The notes beneath the pieces are model-generated. The model worked only from the letters and a program-made list of their open reading frames with translations, did not search any database and was not told where the DNA came from. From Eledone cirrhosa (taxonomy: Eukaryota), in assembly GCA_964016885.1 (NCBI GenBank), contig OZ024744.1, positions 107,384,001 to 107,448,000 on the forward strand: a stretch of 64,000 bases of DNA, given 5' to 3'. This document shows positions 52,595 through 64,000 of this stretch, piece after piece. The number at the start of each line of letters is the position of its first letter. Position 1 is the stretch's first letter. Both the position numbers and the translations under genes were made by a program.

Positions 52595-55560
52595 TGCTGC
52601 TGCTGAATGTCAGGGGCCTGGTGAAACTCAGCAACATGAGTAAAATTTCCTACCTGGGAGACTTAGCCATAAGCAATCAAGCACTATGCATGGCACTAAC
52701 CAAAACGCACCTGACAAGCAGTATAGCAGATGCAGAAATACATATACCGAAATATACTGTATTTCGTTCGGACAGGAAGGAGAGAACTCATGGTGGGGTT
52801 GCTCTGTATATCCGTGAAGATGTCACACCAATTGTACTGTTGACACATTCAAACTCAGTCTGTGACACACTGATAATACATATGAAGCAACTACAGACAG
52901 TAATATGTGTCACATATCGGCCGCCCGATGCCCCCAGTCATGAGGGTAAATTTGAGGATAGCCTAAGTAGGATAGAAGAGGTCCTTGACAAACTGGACCA
53001 GGGTCTCAACATCCTACTGCTGGGAGACTTCAACCTACCAAAGGTCAAATGGCCTGAGGGCCACCTCCTCCCTGGAATGACGTCAATAGAACAGAGACAG
53101 ACGGAATCCCTGCTGGCCCTCACACACAGGCTGTTGATGGAGCAAGCAATACTCCTCCCAACAAGAGGCGAAAATGTCCTGGACCTCTGTTTTACAAACA
53201 ACGAAGTGCTCATCCACAATGTAAAGGTGACACCAACAATTCTCTCGGATCATAACTTAGTAGAGTTAATGATATGTGGTCCAAGAGAACCAACAGAGAC
53301 AAAACCACCAAGAAGCTCTGGGACGCTATCCAACCTTAACTTCTACAAGGCTAACTGGAAAAAGATTAAGAGTGAAATCCGGAAGCAAACATGGAGTGAA
53401 AACACCGCCACACAAGACACTAACACACAATTTCAACACTTCATGACAACGATACACACCATATGCAAAAAGTGTGTCCCGGAGAAAGAGGCAAACAGAC
53501 ACAAAAATCTTATTCCCAGAGATAGGAAAATCCTTATGAGACGTAGAACTAAACTCTCAAACCAGTTGAATAGTCAACAAAACAAAAACAAGAAGGAATC
53601 CTATTTGAAACGTGCATTACTTGACACCGAGATTGCACTCAAACTTTCACATGAGAATGAGAGGGCAAAGAAAGAGAACAGGGCCATAGAAAACATTAAA
53701 ACAAACCCTAAGGCCTTCTTTAAATTTGCAAAAGAAACTGCCTCAGTACACTGTAAGATTGGGCCACTCTTCCACACGGACGGTTCATTAACCGAAAACC
53801 CCCAAGAGATATGTGAAATACTGAATGAACAGTACAAAAGTGTCTTCACATGTCCACTGAGGCACATGCAAATAACGAAGCCAGAGGAGTTCTTTGATGC
53901 CACAACACTACATGAAGAAATGGCAACCATCAACCACATAGACATAACGGAGGAGGATGTGGTGTACGCCATTGATGAAATTAGAACAGACTCGGCTGCT
54001 GGACCTGATGGATTCCCAGCAGTTCTCCTAAAAATATGTAAGCGGGCCTTAGCAACTCCACTGAAGATGCTCTTCAGAAGCTCCTTGGCTAGCGGTGTAC
54101 TACCCAGGGAGCTGAAAGAAGGCACAATATGCCCTATCCATAAAGGAGGTAGTAGAGCGGAGGCCAAGAACTATAGGCCAGTCTCCCTGACGTCGCATAT
54201 CAGTAAGGTCATGGAGCGAGTCGTCAGAAAGAAACTAATCACTTTCCTCGAAGAAAATGACCGCCTGACTAGCACGCAACATGGCTTCCGCCCAGGAAGA
54301 AGCTGCCTTACACAGCTGCTACATCACTACGACTGGGTACTGAGACAACTACTAGACAGCTCACATGTGGACGTGATATATCTTGACTTTGCGAAGGCCT
54401 TTGACAAGGTCGACCACGGAATGATATGTCACAAACTACACGGACTCGGCATAACTGGAAAAGTAGGTGAGTGGCTGCATGGCTTCCTAAGGGACAGAAG
54501 CCAGGCAGTCGCAGCAAATGGGGCCCTCTCGAGGGAGACACCGATAACAAGTGGGGTACCCCAGGGGACAGTCCTGGGACCACTACTGTTTTTGATGGCT
54601 CTCTCGGACATGCCCTCTGTGGTGCATGCAACAACATCCCTCACTAGCTATGCTGATGACACTAAGGTAGCACAGGCAATCAAAAACCCGGCTGACGCTG
54701 CCCTTTTACAGCAGGATCTGGATGCCATATACAGATGGGCGGAAGAAAACAACATGCAGTTTAATGCTGGCAAATTCCAAGCCCTACAATACAAACCTGC
54801 AAACACAAATATAGTGGAACACAGCTACACAGGACCAGGAGGGACCGATATCCCTGTGTCAAAATCGATACGAGACCTGGGCATAGACATGAGCGATGAT
54901 GCATCTTTTTCTTCACACATCATGAAAGTGGCGACAACATGCAGACGACTCGCTGGCTGGATCTTGAGGACTTTCCGGACAAGAGATCGAGACACCATGT
55001 TGACACTGTGGAGGACTTTTGTCCTAAGCCGCCTGGACTACTGCTCCCAGTTGTGGTCACCCCATAGTGTCAAACTAACCACGGAGCTTGAGGCAATCCA
55101 GCGAAGCTACACCAAGAGGATTGCCAAGATGAGGGAGACAAGCTACTGGGAGAAGCTAAAGGAACTGAACCTCTACTCCTTGGAGCGAAGACGGGAGAGA
55201 TACGCAGTGATCTACATGTGGAAAATCCTGGAGGGACTAGCACCAAACTTTGGCATTGGGAGCTGGACCAACCGTCGAACAGGACGTCACTGTGTGGTGC
55301 CAAAGGTCCCGTCTTCCACATCTAGAATAAGGAGCAGGTATTGCAATAGCCTGGGATTCAAGGGCCCTCAACTCTTCAACAGGCTGCCGAGGCATCTGAG
55401 AGACTTGCATGACGTGGAGGTGGATGTCTTTAAGAAACATCTCAACACCTTTTTATCCAGGATCCCAGATGAGCCCACAGCAAGACACGAGGGAAACCTA
55501 AGGGCAGCAGCAACAAACTCCCTCCTACACCAGTGGCCAACCTATACAGGCTGGAGATAA
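52525..55560 (+). CDS. CR1/L2-group LINE ORF2 (APE endonuclease plus reverse transcriptase), uninterrupted 1011 aa
   Basis: [61 protein letters not shown] and YADD. The element ends at about 55635 with AAAAGAGT repeats. Confidence 0.95.
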   Translation: MAATDTRPGVIPTAITGTPKVTLVLLLNVRGLVKLSNMSKISYLGDLAISNQALCMALTKTHLTSSIADAEIHIPKYTVFRSDRKERTHGGVALYIREDVTPIVLLTHSNSVCDTLIIHMKQLQTVICVTYRPPDAPSHEGKFEDSLSRIEEVLDKLDQGLNILLLGDFNLPKVKWPEGHLLPGMTSIEQRQTESLLALTHRLLMEQAILLPTRGENVLDLCFTNNEVLIHNVKVTPTILSDHNLVELMICGPREPTETKPPRSSGTLSNLNFYKANWKKIKSEIRKQTWSENTATQDTNTQFQHFMTTIHTICKKCVPEKEANRHKNLIPRDRKILMRRRTKLSNQLNSQQNKNKKESYLKRALLDTEIALKLSHENERAKKENRAIENIKTNPKAFFKFAKETASVHCKIGPLFHTDGSLTENPQEICEILNEQYKSVFTCPLRHMQITKPEEFFDATTLHEEMATINHIDITEEDVVYAIDEIRTDSAAGPDGFPAVLLKICKRALATPLKMLFRSSLASGVLPRELKEGTICPIHKGGSRAEAKNYRPVSLTSHISKVMERVVRKKLITFLEENDRLTSTQHGFRPGRSCLTQLLHHYDWVLRQLLDSSHVDVIYLDFAKAFDKVDHGMICHKLHGLGITGKVGEWLHGFLRDRSQAVAANGALSRETPITSGVPQGTVLGPLLFLMALSDMPSVVHATTSLTSYADDTKVAQAIKNPADAALLQQDLDAIYRWAEENNMQFNAGKFQALQYKPANTNIVEHSYTGPGGTDIPVSKSIRDLGIDMSDDASFSSHIMKVATTCRRLAGWILRTFRTRDRDTMLTLWRTFVLSRLDYCSQLWSPHSVKLTTELEAIQRSYTKRIAKMRETSYWEKLKELNLYSLERRRERYAVIYMWKILEGLAPNFGIGSWTNRRTGRHCVVPKVPSSTSRIRSRYCNSLGFKGPQLFNRLPRHLRDLHDVEVDVFKKHLNTFLSRIPDEPTARHEGNLRAAATNSLLHQWPTYTGWR

Positions 55561-55702
55561 AATGTGTAGCAACAAGGGCGGTGCCCCAGCATGGCCTCAG
55601 CTGGATGGCTGAAACAGGTAAAAGAGTAAAAGAATATATATATATGTATGTATATATATATATATGTGTATATATATATATATATATATACATATATATA
55701 TA

Positions 55703-56638
55703 CTCCCATTTCTGGACATCTTAATCTTAAAAAAAGACACAAATATCGAAACTGACATACACTACAAACCAACAGATTCCAAACAATATCTGCTATTCAC
55801 CTCCAACCATCCAAAGCACACGAAGACGAACATTCCTTTTAACCTAGCAAGAAGAATTTGCACAATTGTCTCCAATTATGAAACGCGAAATAAAAGACTT
55901 CAAGAATTAAAGGAAATTCTACTCGAGAGAGAGTACCCACTATTACTAATAAATAATGGAATAGAAAGGGCTAAAGCAATAGGCATTGATGAATTACGGA
56001 AACAGAAACAAATTCAAGGTACGTCCAATATTCTATCATATATCTCAACACACAACCCAAGAAATGCGGAAGCTTACAACACTATTCACAATAACATCCC
56101 ACTACTAAAACAAAACCCAAGAATGAAAAAAACCCTTGAAACACACAAAATAATCAAAAGCAAAAGACAACCAAAATCACTGAAAACATTACTCACTAAT
56201 GCCAAATTACCTACCACAAACCCACAACCAAGTATCAAAAAATGTGGTCGCTCTAATTGTGGAACCTGCACTCACCTCATTGAAGGCAACACGTATACAT
56301 TTAAATCAGGACAAAATTTTACTGTAAAAAATCACTTCACTTGCTCATCAAAAAATCTAATTTACGCCATTAAATGTAAAGGGTGCAATGAAGATTATAT
56401 AGGACAAACTAAACTTACACTCAGAAACAGAATGACAGTTCATCGCCAACAATTACGAGATCCAACCACGAGACAGATACCACTAAGTGCACATCTAGAC
56501 ATTTGCGCAAGTAATAAGACACCCAAATTCCAAGTCTTCCCATTTTACCTTTGCGCTAACAATACAACAAAACAAATGCGAATAAATAAGGAAAATATGT
56601 TTATTCAAAAATATAGACCAACATTAAATAAGGTTTAA
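55703..56638 (+). CDS. PLE RT thumb plus GIY-YIG endonuclease (5'-truncated, frame open)
   Basis: LPFLDI, HYKPTD..YL..SNHP, CGRSNCGTC, NLIYAIKC..C..DYIGQT..LRNR..H, E..FI...PTLN. Confidence 0.92.
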   Translation, partial: LPFLDILILKKDTNIETDIHYKPTDSKQYLLFTSNHPKHTKTNIPFNLARRICTIVSNYETRNKRLQELKEILLEREYPLLLINNGIERAKAIGIDELRKQKQIQGTSNILSYISTHNPRNAEAYNTIHNNIPLLKQNPRMKKTLETHKIIKSKRQPKSLKTLLTNAKLPTTNPQPSIKKCGRSNCGTCTHLIEGNTYTFKSGQNFTVKNHFTCSSKNLIYAIKCKGCNEDYIGQTKLTLRNRMTVHRQQLRDPTTRQIPLSAHLDICASNKTPKFQVFPFYLCANNTTKQMRINKENMFIQKYRPTLNKV

Positions 56639-57436
56639 TATACATTATGTCAACACCATAATATGACATACACACACACACACACATAACACCTACTTTA
56701 GAAAATAAAAACCCGAACTAAATAAACCTTAACATACGTTTGCACTGACAATACAACAGCAAACACGAATAGTAAGGAAAATATGTTCATTCAAAAATAT
56801 TCCTACTAAAGGAATCACTTTCCTACACACACACATACACACAATATATATATATATTCTCTTCATCTTAACATGCTAACCATACTCCCACACACATAAC
56901 ACCCATACACACACATAACAACCCCCACACCCACAACTCCCTCCCCATTTCTACTAATAGAACCACTTTCCTACACACATATATATACACACACACAGAA
57001 TATATATTCTCTCCATCTTAACATACTGGCACACACACACATAACACCCATATACACATACACACAACTCCCTCCCCCATTTCTACTAATAGAATCATCT
57101 TCCAATACACACATACACACACACACACAAGCACACAAATAAACATACATATCTTCACTTCAATAGAAAATCTGAACTCTGACACCCCAGCAAACTAACC
57201 ATATTCACTGAACCAGAACAATCCCTTTTCTCTTGACCACTATCTTTCCATTGTCATAACATTCTCTATAAAGACTACAGAATAGTTTTCCAAATAAGGG
57301 CGCAAAAATGTAATGAAAACTTGTTCACGTGACAGCCAAATTTCATTTATAACCAATCAAATCACGTTTATTAAAAAAAAGCCTTCATGAGCCACCTTTT
57401 TTTAAAGTTAAGAAATTCAAACACACACACACACAC

Positions 57437-57467
<31 letters not shown>

Positions 57468-58150
57468 AGCACACAAATAAACACACATATCTTTACTTTA
57501 TTCAATAGAAAATCTGAATTCTGACACCCCAGCGAACTAACCATATTCACTGAACCAGAACAATTCTCCCATCCCTTTCTCTTGACCATTATGTTTTATC
57601 AAAAAATTCTCTAAAAAGGCTAGAGAATGGATTTCCAAATAAGGGCACAAAAATTTAATGAAAATTTGTTCACGTGACAGCCATAATTTCATTTATAACC
57701 AACCAAAAAAAAAGCCTTCGTGAGCCTCCTTTTTTCAAGTAAAAAGAAATTCAAACACTCATATATGAAAAAACAACCTGTGACCCCCCCCCCCCCCTTA
57801 TTTGAAGAACTATTGTAACGCGAACTGGCGCGAAATTTATTATAATTATTGACAAACCAATCAAATTACTTCTCGAAAAACCTGGCATTTCGAGCCTCTT
57901 TTTCCATATAAAACAAGTAACATTCAGAGACCAACCAGATGTGAGAAAAACCACAGACCCTCCATCTCAACTCACCTTTTGAAAAGCAGAAGAACTGCGA
58001 AACCGGTAAAGGAACCAAATAAATATATATATATTTTTTAAAAATAAGACTCCAGTTGCATTTTCGATTTCATCTCTTTTTCTTTATACTTTCACTTGTG
58101 TAAGACACCTCGGTTATTTTTCATTTTGTAAAGAAAACCTCACTTTCTAA
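56639..58150 (+). mobile_element. PLE 3' region (pseudo-LTR) with internal duplications, ending in a hammerhead
   Basis: Repeated TTGTTCACGTGACAGCC blocks near 57320 and 57667. Homologous to 23001-23575. Confidence 0.8.
57975..58012 (+). ncRNA. Minimal hammerhead ribozyme, U3-A8 variant
   Basis: CCTT-TTGAAAA-GCAGaagaaCTGC-GAAA-CCGG-TA-AAGG. Confidence 0.75.
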
Positions 58151-58160
58151 TATATATATG

Positions 58161-58227
<67 letters not shown>

Positions 58228-58428
58228 GTATATGTATATATATGTATATATATATATATATGTATATGTATATATGTATATATATGTATATATATATGTA
58301 TATATATATATATGTATATGTATATATATATATGTATATATATGTATGTATATGTATATATATATATGTATATGTATATATATATATGTATATATATGTA
58401 TATATATGTATATATATGTATATATATG

Positions 58429-58459
<31 letters not shown>

Positions 58460-58633
58460 GTATATATATGTATATATATATATGTATATATATATATGTA
58501 TATATATATGTATATATATATATGTATATATATATGTATATATATGTATACATATATATGTATATATATATATGTATATATATATGTATATATAATATAT
58601 AAGAACAAAAGATGGTTAAATGAGTTCCATGTA

Positions 58634-58698
58634 TTTTATTATGCGCATTTCAAAAACAAATTTCATCATGCAATAATATTTGTTTTCATCAGATAAAA
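58634..58698 (-). ncRNA. Minimal hammerhead ribozyme (39.5-kb family)
   Basis: Minus strand reads TTTTAT-CTGATGA-...-GAAA-TGCGCA-TA-ATAAAA. Confidence 0.78.
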
Positions 58699-58749
58699 CA
58701 GGAAGACATGATATGAAGGTTAAAAAACACTTGTGGATAGTGCAGTTTA

Positions 58750-60072
<1,323 letters not shown>

Positions 60073-63002
60073 TCATCATCATCATCACCGTTTTACGTCC
60101 GTTCTTCCACGCTAGCATGGGTTAGACGGGTTGTCCTGTTGTGGGCAGTGTCTGGTCGGCTGACCATGCCTTGCTCATACAGGAACTGATCTGGCTTGAT
60201 TTCTACAGCTGGATGCCCTTCCTAACACCAACCTCATTTACAGTGAGTGCTGGGTGCTTTTTCGTGGCGCCTACACGTCCACTTTACAGTGTGGGCTGGG
60301 TGCTTTTTTGCCGTGGCACCTCCACGACCACCTTGCGGTGGGGGGGGGGGGGGCATATCGTTTATATGCTTCAGCATGTACCCATGGGAGGTCGGGCACC
60401 CTGTATTACTGCGTGACGCCAGAAGTCACGGTCGTGTGTCATTGACTTTGAGAGGTGTAGTTGGGTAAGGTCGGCTTTTATCACCTCATCCCAAGTCATC
60501 TTGGGTCTCCCCACTCCGCGGTTTCCATCAACTTCTAGTGCTCTGCACCTTTTTATGCAGCTGTCATCCTTCATACGCATCACATGTCCATACCAGCGTA
60601 ACCGCCTCTCCTGCACGCAGCATTTGATTCCTCTTATGCTCAGTCTCTCTCTCAATTCATTTATGCTTTGTCGTTCACGTATATTACTGTTACACATCCA
60701 TCGGAGCATGCAGGCTTCGTTTCTCTCTAATCTACGTAAGTCTTCCACCTTCAGCGCCCAGGTCTCACTACCATGCAACATCGCTGTTCGGATACACGCA
60801 TCATACAGTCTGCCTTTCATTCTGAGGGAGAAGCCTTTTGCAGCTAGCAGTGGTAGTAGTTCCCTAAACTTCTTCCATCCCGTTCTTACCCTAGTTATTG
60901 TACTTTCTGAGCACCCACCTCCGTTGCTAATTCGGTCACCTAGGTAGCAGAAGCTGTCTACTGTTTCTACAGGGCCCTCCCAGAGATTGGTGGTACTTGT
61001 TTCCTGTGGCTGTTTGCTTGCTGTTTCAGCACAGCTGCTGCATGTGAATCCTACATTCTTAATTAAGCTTCCTGAGATCCCGCTACATCTCTTGTGTACC
61101 CATTGTTTGCATTTGGGGCAAAGAATGGAGTTCCTACCTACACCTTTCCTACATACTGAGCAAGGCCATTTCCCTGAGGGGATCTGGGTTCTGTTTTCTC
61201 GTCTACTTATAAGGACCTTAGTCTTTGTCATGTTGACTTTGAGGCCCTTTCTCTCTAGTCCCTGCTTCCAGGTTTGGAATTTATTCTCTAGTTCTACCAT
61301 AGATTCAGCTATGAGTGCGAGGTCATCAGCATACAGGAGTTCCCATGGGCATCCGGTCTTAAACTCCTCCGTTATTGCCTGCAGGACTATGATGAACAGG
61401 AGAGGGCTAAGAACAGAGCCCTGGTGGACCCCAACCTGTACGCTAAATTCCTCGCTATACTCATTGCCAATCCTAACTTTGCTGACTGCTCCCCTATACA
61501 TGGCTTGTACCGCTTTCACAAGCCATTCATCTACTCCTAGTTTTCTAAGAGCCCACCAGATTACTGCACGTGGAACTCTGTCAAAGGCTTTCTCAAGGTC
61601 GACAAATGCCAAGTAGAGTGGCTTACTTTTAGCTAGGTACTTTTCCTGTAATTGCCTCACAAGGAAGAGCGCATCAGTGGTGCCTTTCCCTGGAACAAAC
61701 CCAAATTGCATCTCGTCTATATTCACCCGGTCCCTAATCAGCTGTGCTATAACTCTTTCTGTTACTTTCATGACCTGGTCCATCAACTTTATACCTCTAT
61801 AGTTTCCTCTATCTAGTGCATCGCCTTTACCTTTGTAGCAGTTGACAATGATGCTACTGCACCAATCTTTTGGTATGGCCCCCTCTAGTATTACCTGGTT
61901 AACGATACGTGTGGTTATAGTGTGACCTACAGACCCAGATGCCTTCAGCATCTCGGCAGCTATACCCGATGGACCGGTTGCCTTCCCTATCTTCATATCT
62001 CTGATTGCCTTACTTACTACGCTGCCGCTGACTTGTACTGCTGGTCCCTCTATAGGGTCTACGTGGGGTAGGGTCTCTTCTTCCCATGCATTCTCCTCAT
62101 TTAGTAATCTATCATAATGACTCTTCCATGCATCTTTCTTCTCAGCACTTGTGAGGGCAAGCTCACCTTTATCATTCCGGATACACTTCTCTCCAATGAC
62201 ATCACAACTATCTCTGACACACTGCCTCGCAATCTTGAATACCTCCTGTTTCTGGTCCTCACGTTGTAAAACATGCTTGAATTTTCTATCCTCTGCTTCC
62301 CTCCTAGCTAAGTATACTTGTCGCCTAGCTTCCCTCTTGGTCTCTATGTAATGTACCCTGCTCCCCCCGTTCTTCCATTCTTTCCATGCCTGTCTCTTGG
62401 CCTTGACTGCTTCATCTACCTTATTGTTCCACCACCAAGTCACTCTCCTCCTGCTTGAGGTCTTACTCCAGCCACAAACCTCATCCGTCGCCTCTAGTAA
62501 GTTATTTTTTAGGAACTCCCAGTTCTCTTCTACGTTAAATGTCTCTATCTGTTCTTCTTTACTGTCGTAGGCGTTGAGTAAAATATCTTTAAATCTGTTA
62601 CTGGTTGAGGGGACTTTCAGCTTCCAGATCTTTCTTCTCCAGGTTGGCCTCTGTTTCAGGGCTCGTCTAGTTCTGACCGTGAGGTCGCTGACAACTAAGC
62701 TATGTTGGGATGTACATTCCTCACTAGGGAAGGCTTTTGTGTTTACGACCGTCCATCTGTCACGTCCTCTGATGAGGATAAAATCTAACTGACTAGAGTG
62801 CTCCCCTGATCTATAGGTGATCAGGTGGTTGTCGGGTTTTTTAAAGTTTGTGTTACATATCGACATGTCATTGGCGTCGCAGAATTCTAGAAGTCTGAAT
62901 CCTTCCTCATTCCTTGTGCCAACTCCATGGCCTCCATGTACTCTATTGAAGCCGTCGCAGTGTTTACCTACGTGTCCGTTAAAATCTCCTGCAATGATTA
63001 GG
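60073..63002 (-). mobile_element. RTE LINE with open frame (APE C-terminal half, RT with PHD-like insert, 3' UTR); 5' end lost in the assembly gap
   Basis: Uninterrupted from IIAGDFNGHVG to RPPMGTC* (60371-63002). Confidence 0.95.
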
Positions 63003-63201
63003 NNNNNNNNNNNNNNNNNNNNNNNNNNNNNNNNNNNNNNNNNNNNNNNNNNNNNNNNNNNNNNNNNNNNNNNNNNNNNNNNNNNNNNNNNNNNNNNNNN
63101 NNNNNNNNNNNNNNNNNNNNNNNNNNNNNNNNNNNNNNNNNNNNNNNNNNNNNNNNNNNNNNNNNNNNNNNNNNNNNNNNNNNNNNNNNNNNNNNNNNNN
63201 N
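63003..63201. other. Assembly gap
   Basis: Run of N. Confidence 1.
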
Positions 63202-63528
63202 NAGAGCATTGGCCTTGCAATTGAAAGGTTGTGAGTTCAATTCTCAGACCGGGTGATGTGTTGTTTCCTTGAGCAAGACACTTTATTTCACATTGCTCCA
63301 GTTTACTCAGCAGTAGAAATGAGATGATAGGGACTGGGGTCCATATCATTCCACTGTAAAGTGGTCGTGGAGGTGCCACGGCAAAAAGCACCCAGCACTC
63401 ACTGTAAATGAGGTTGGTGTTAGGAAGGGCATCCAGCTGTAGAAATCAAGCCAGAATCAGTTCCCGTCCCACCCTTGCAAGCAGGGAAAAGTGGACGTAA
63501 AATGAAATGATGATGATGATGATGATGA
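63202..63528 (+). mobile_element. tRNA-derived SINE (same family as 29491)
   Basis: Near-identical to 29514-29828. Confidence 0.88.
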
Positions 63529-63556
63529 TATATATACATATATATATATGTATATA

Positions 63557-63886
<330 letters not shown>

Positions 63887-63941
63887 TATATACATATATA
63901 CGATATTAAATAAATGGAAACTATATTTATAAAACCATATT

Positions 63942-64000
63942 TATTTCATTATATATATTTCAGGGATATCATATTAACAATATGTTATGCCTTCCTCAGA
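63942..64000 (-). ncRNA. Minimal hammerhead ribozyme (30.9-kb family), cut by the window edge
   Basis: Minus strand reads T-CTGAGGA-AGGCATAACATATT...AATATGATATCCCT-GAAA-TATATA-TA-ATGAAATA. Confidence 0.68.

Noticed and set aside
60371-63391. 1006-aa ORF as a single protein
   Set aside because: It reads through an N gap, and the N-terminal part is an antisense SINE.

Overview
Repeat-saturated animal genomic DNA. The (TA)n/(TATG)n/(GA)n content and SINE/RTE style suggest a cephalopod such as an octopus (inference). No prokaryotic genes, rRNA, tRNA genes or CRISPR arrays are supported. Nearly all long 'IYIY' ORFs are microsatellite artefacts. The real content is nested transposable elements, mostly inserted into microsatellites: several RTE LINE families (one with a PHD-like finger inside the RT, one with C-terminal C2H2 fingers), CR1/L2-group LINEs (one with an open 1011-aa ORF2), a Tx1/L1 fragment in a GA satellite, three Penelope-like element (PLE) coding fragments, tRNA-derived SINEs, RTE-derived non-autonomous elements, two non-autonomous Helitrons and solo-LTR-like insertions. 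One candidate host terminal exon lies near 18.6 kb. The main hidden signal is 13 type I hammerhead ribozyme motifs, read by eye, in 8 distinct sequence families. Most are minimal, with a short palindromic or near-palindromic stem III. Three families carry a U3-A8 core variant. They sit at PLE 3' ends or in small ORF-less fold-back elements within TA repeats.
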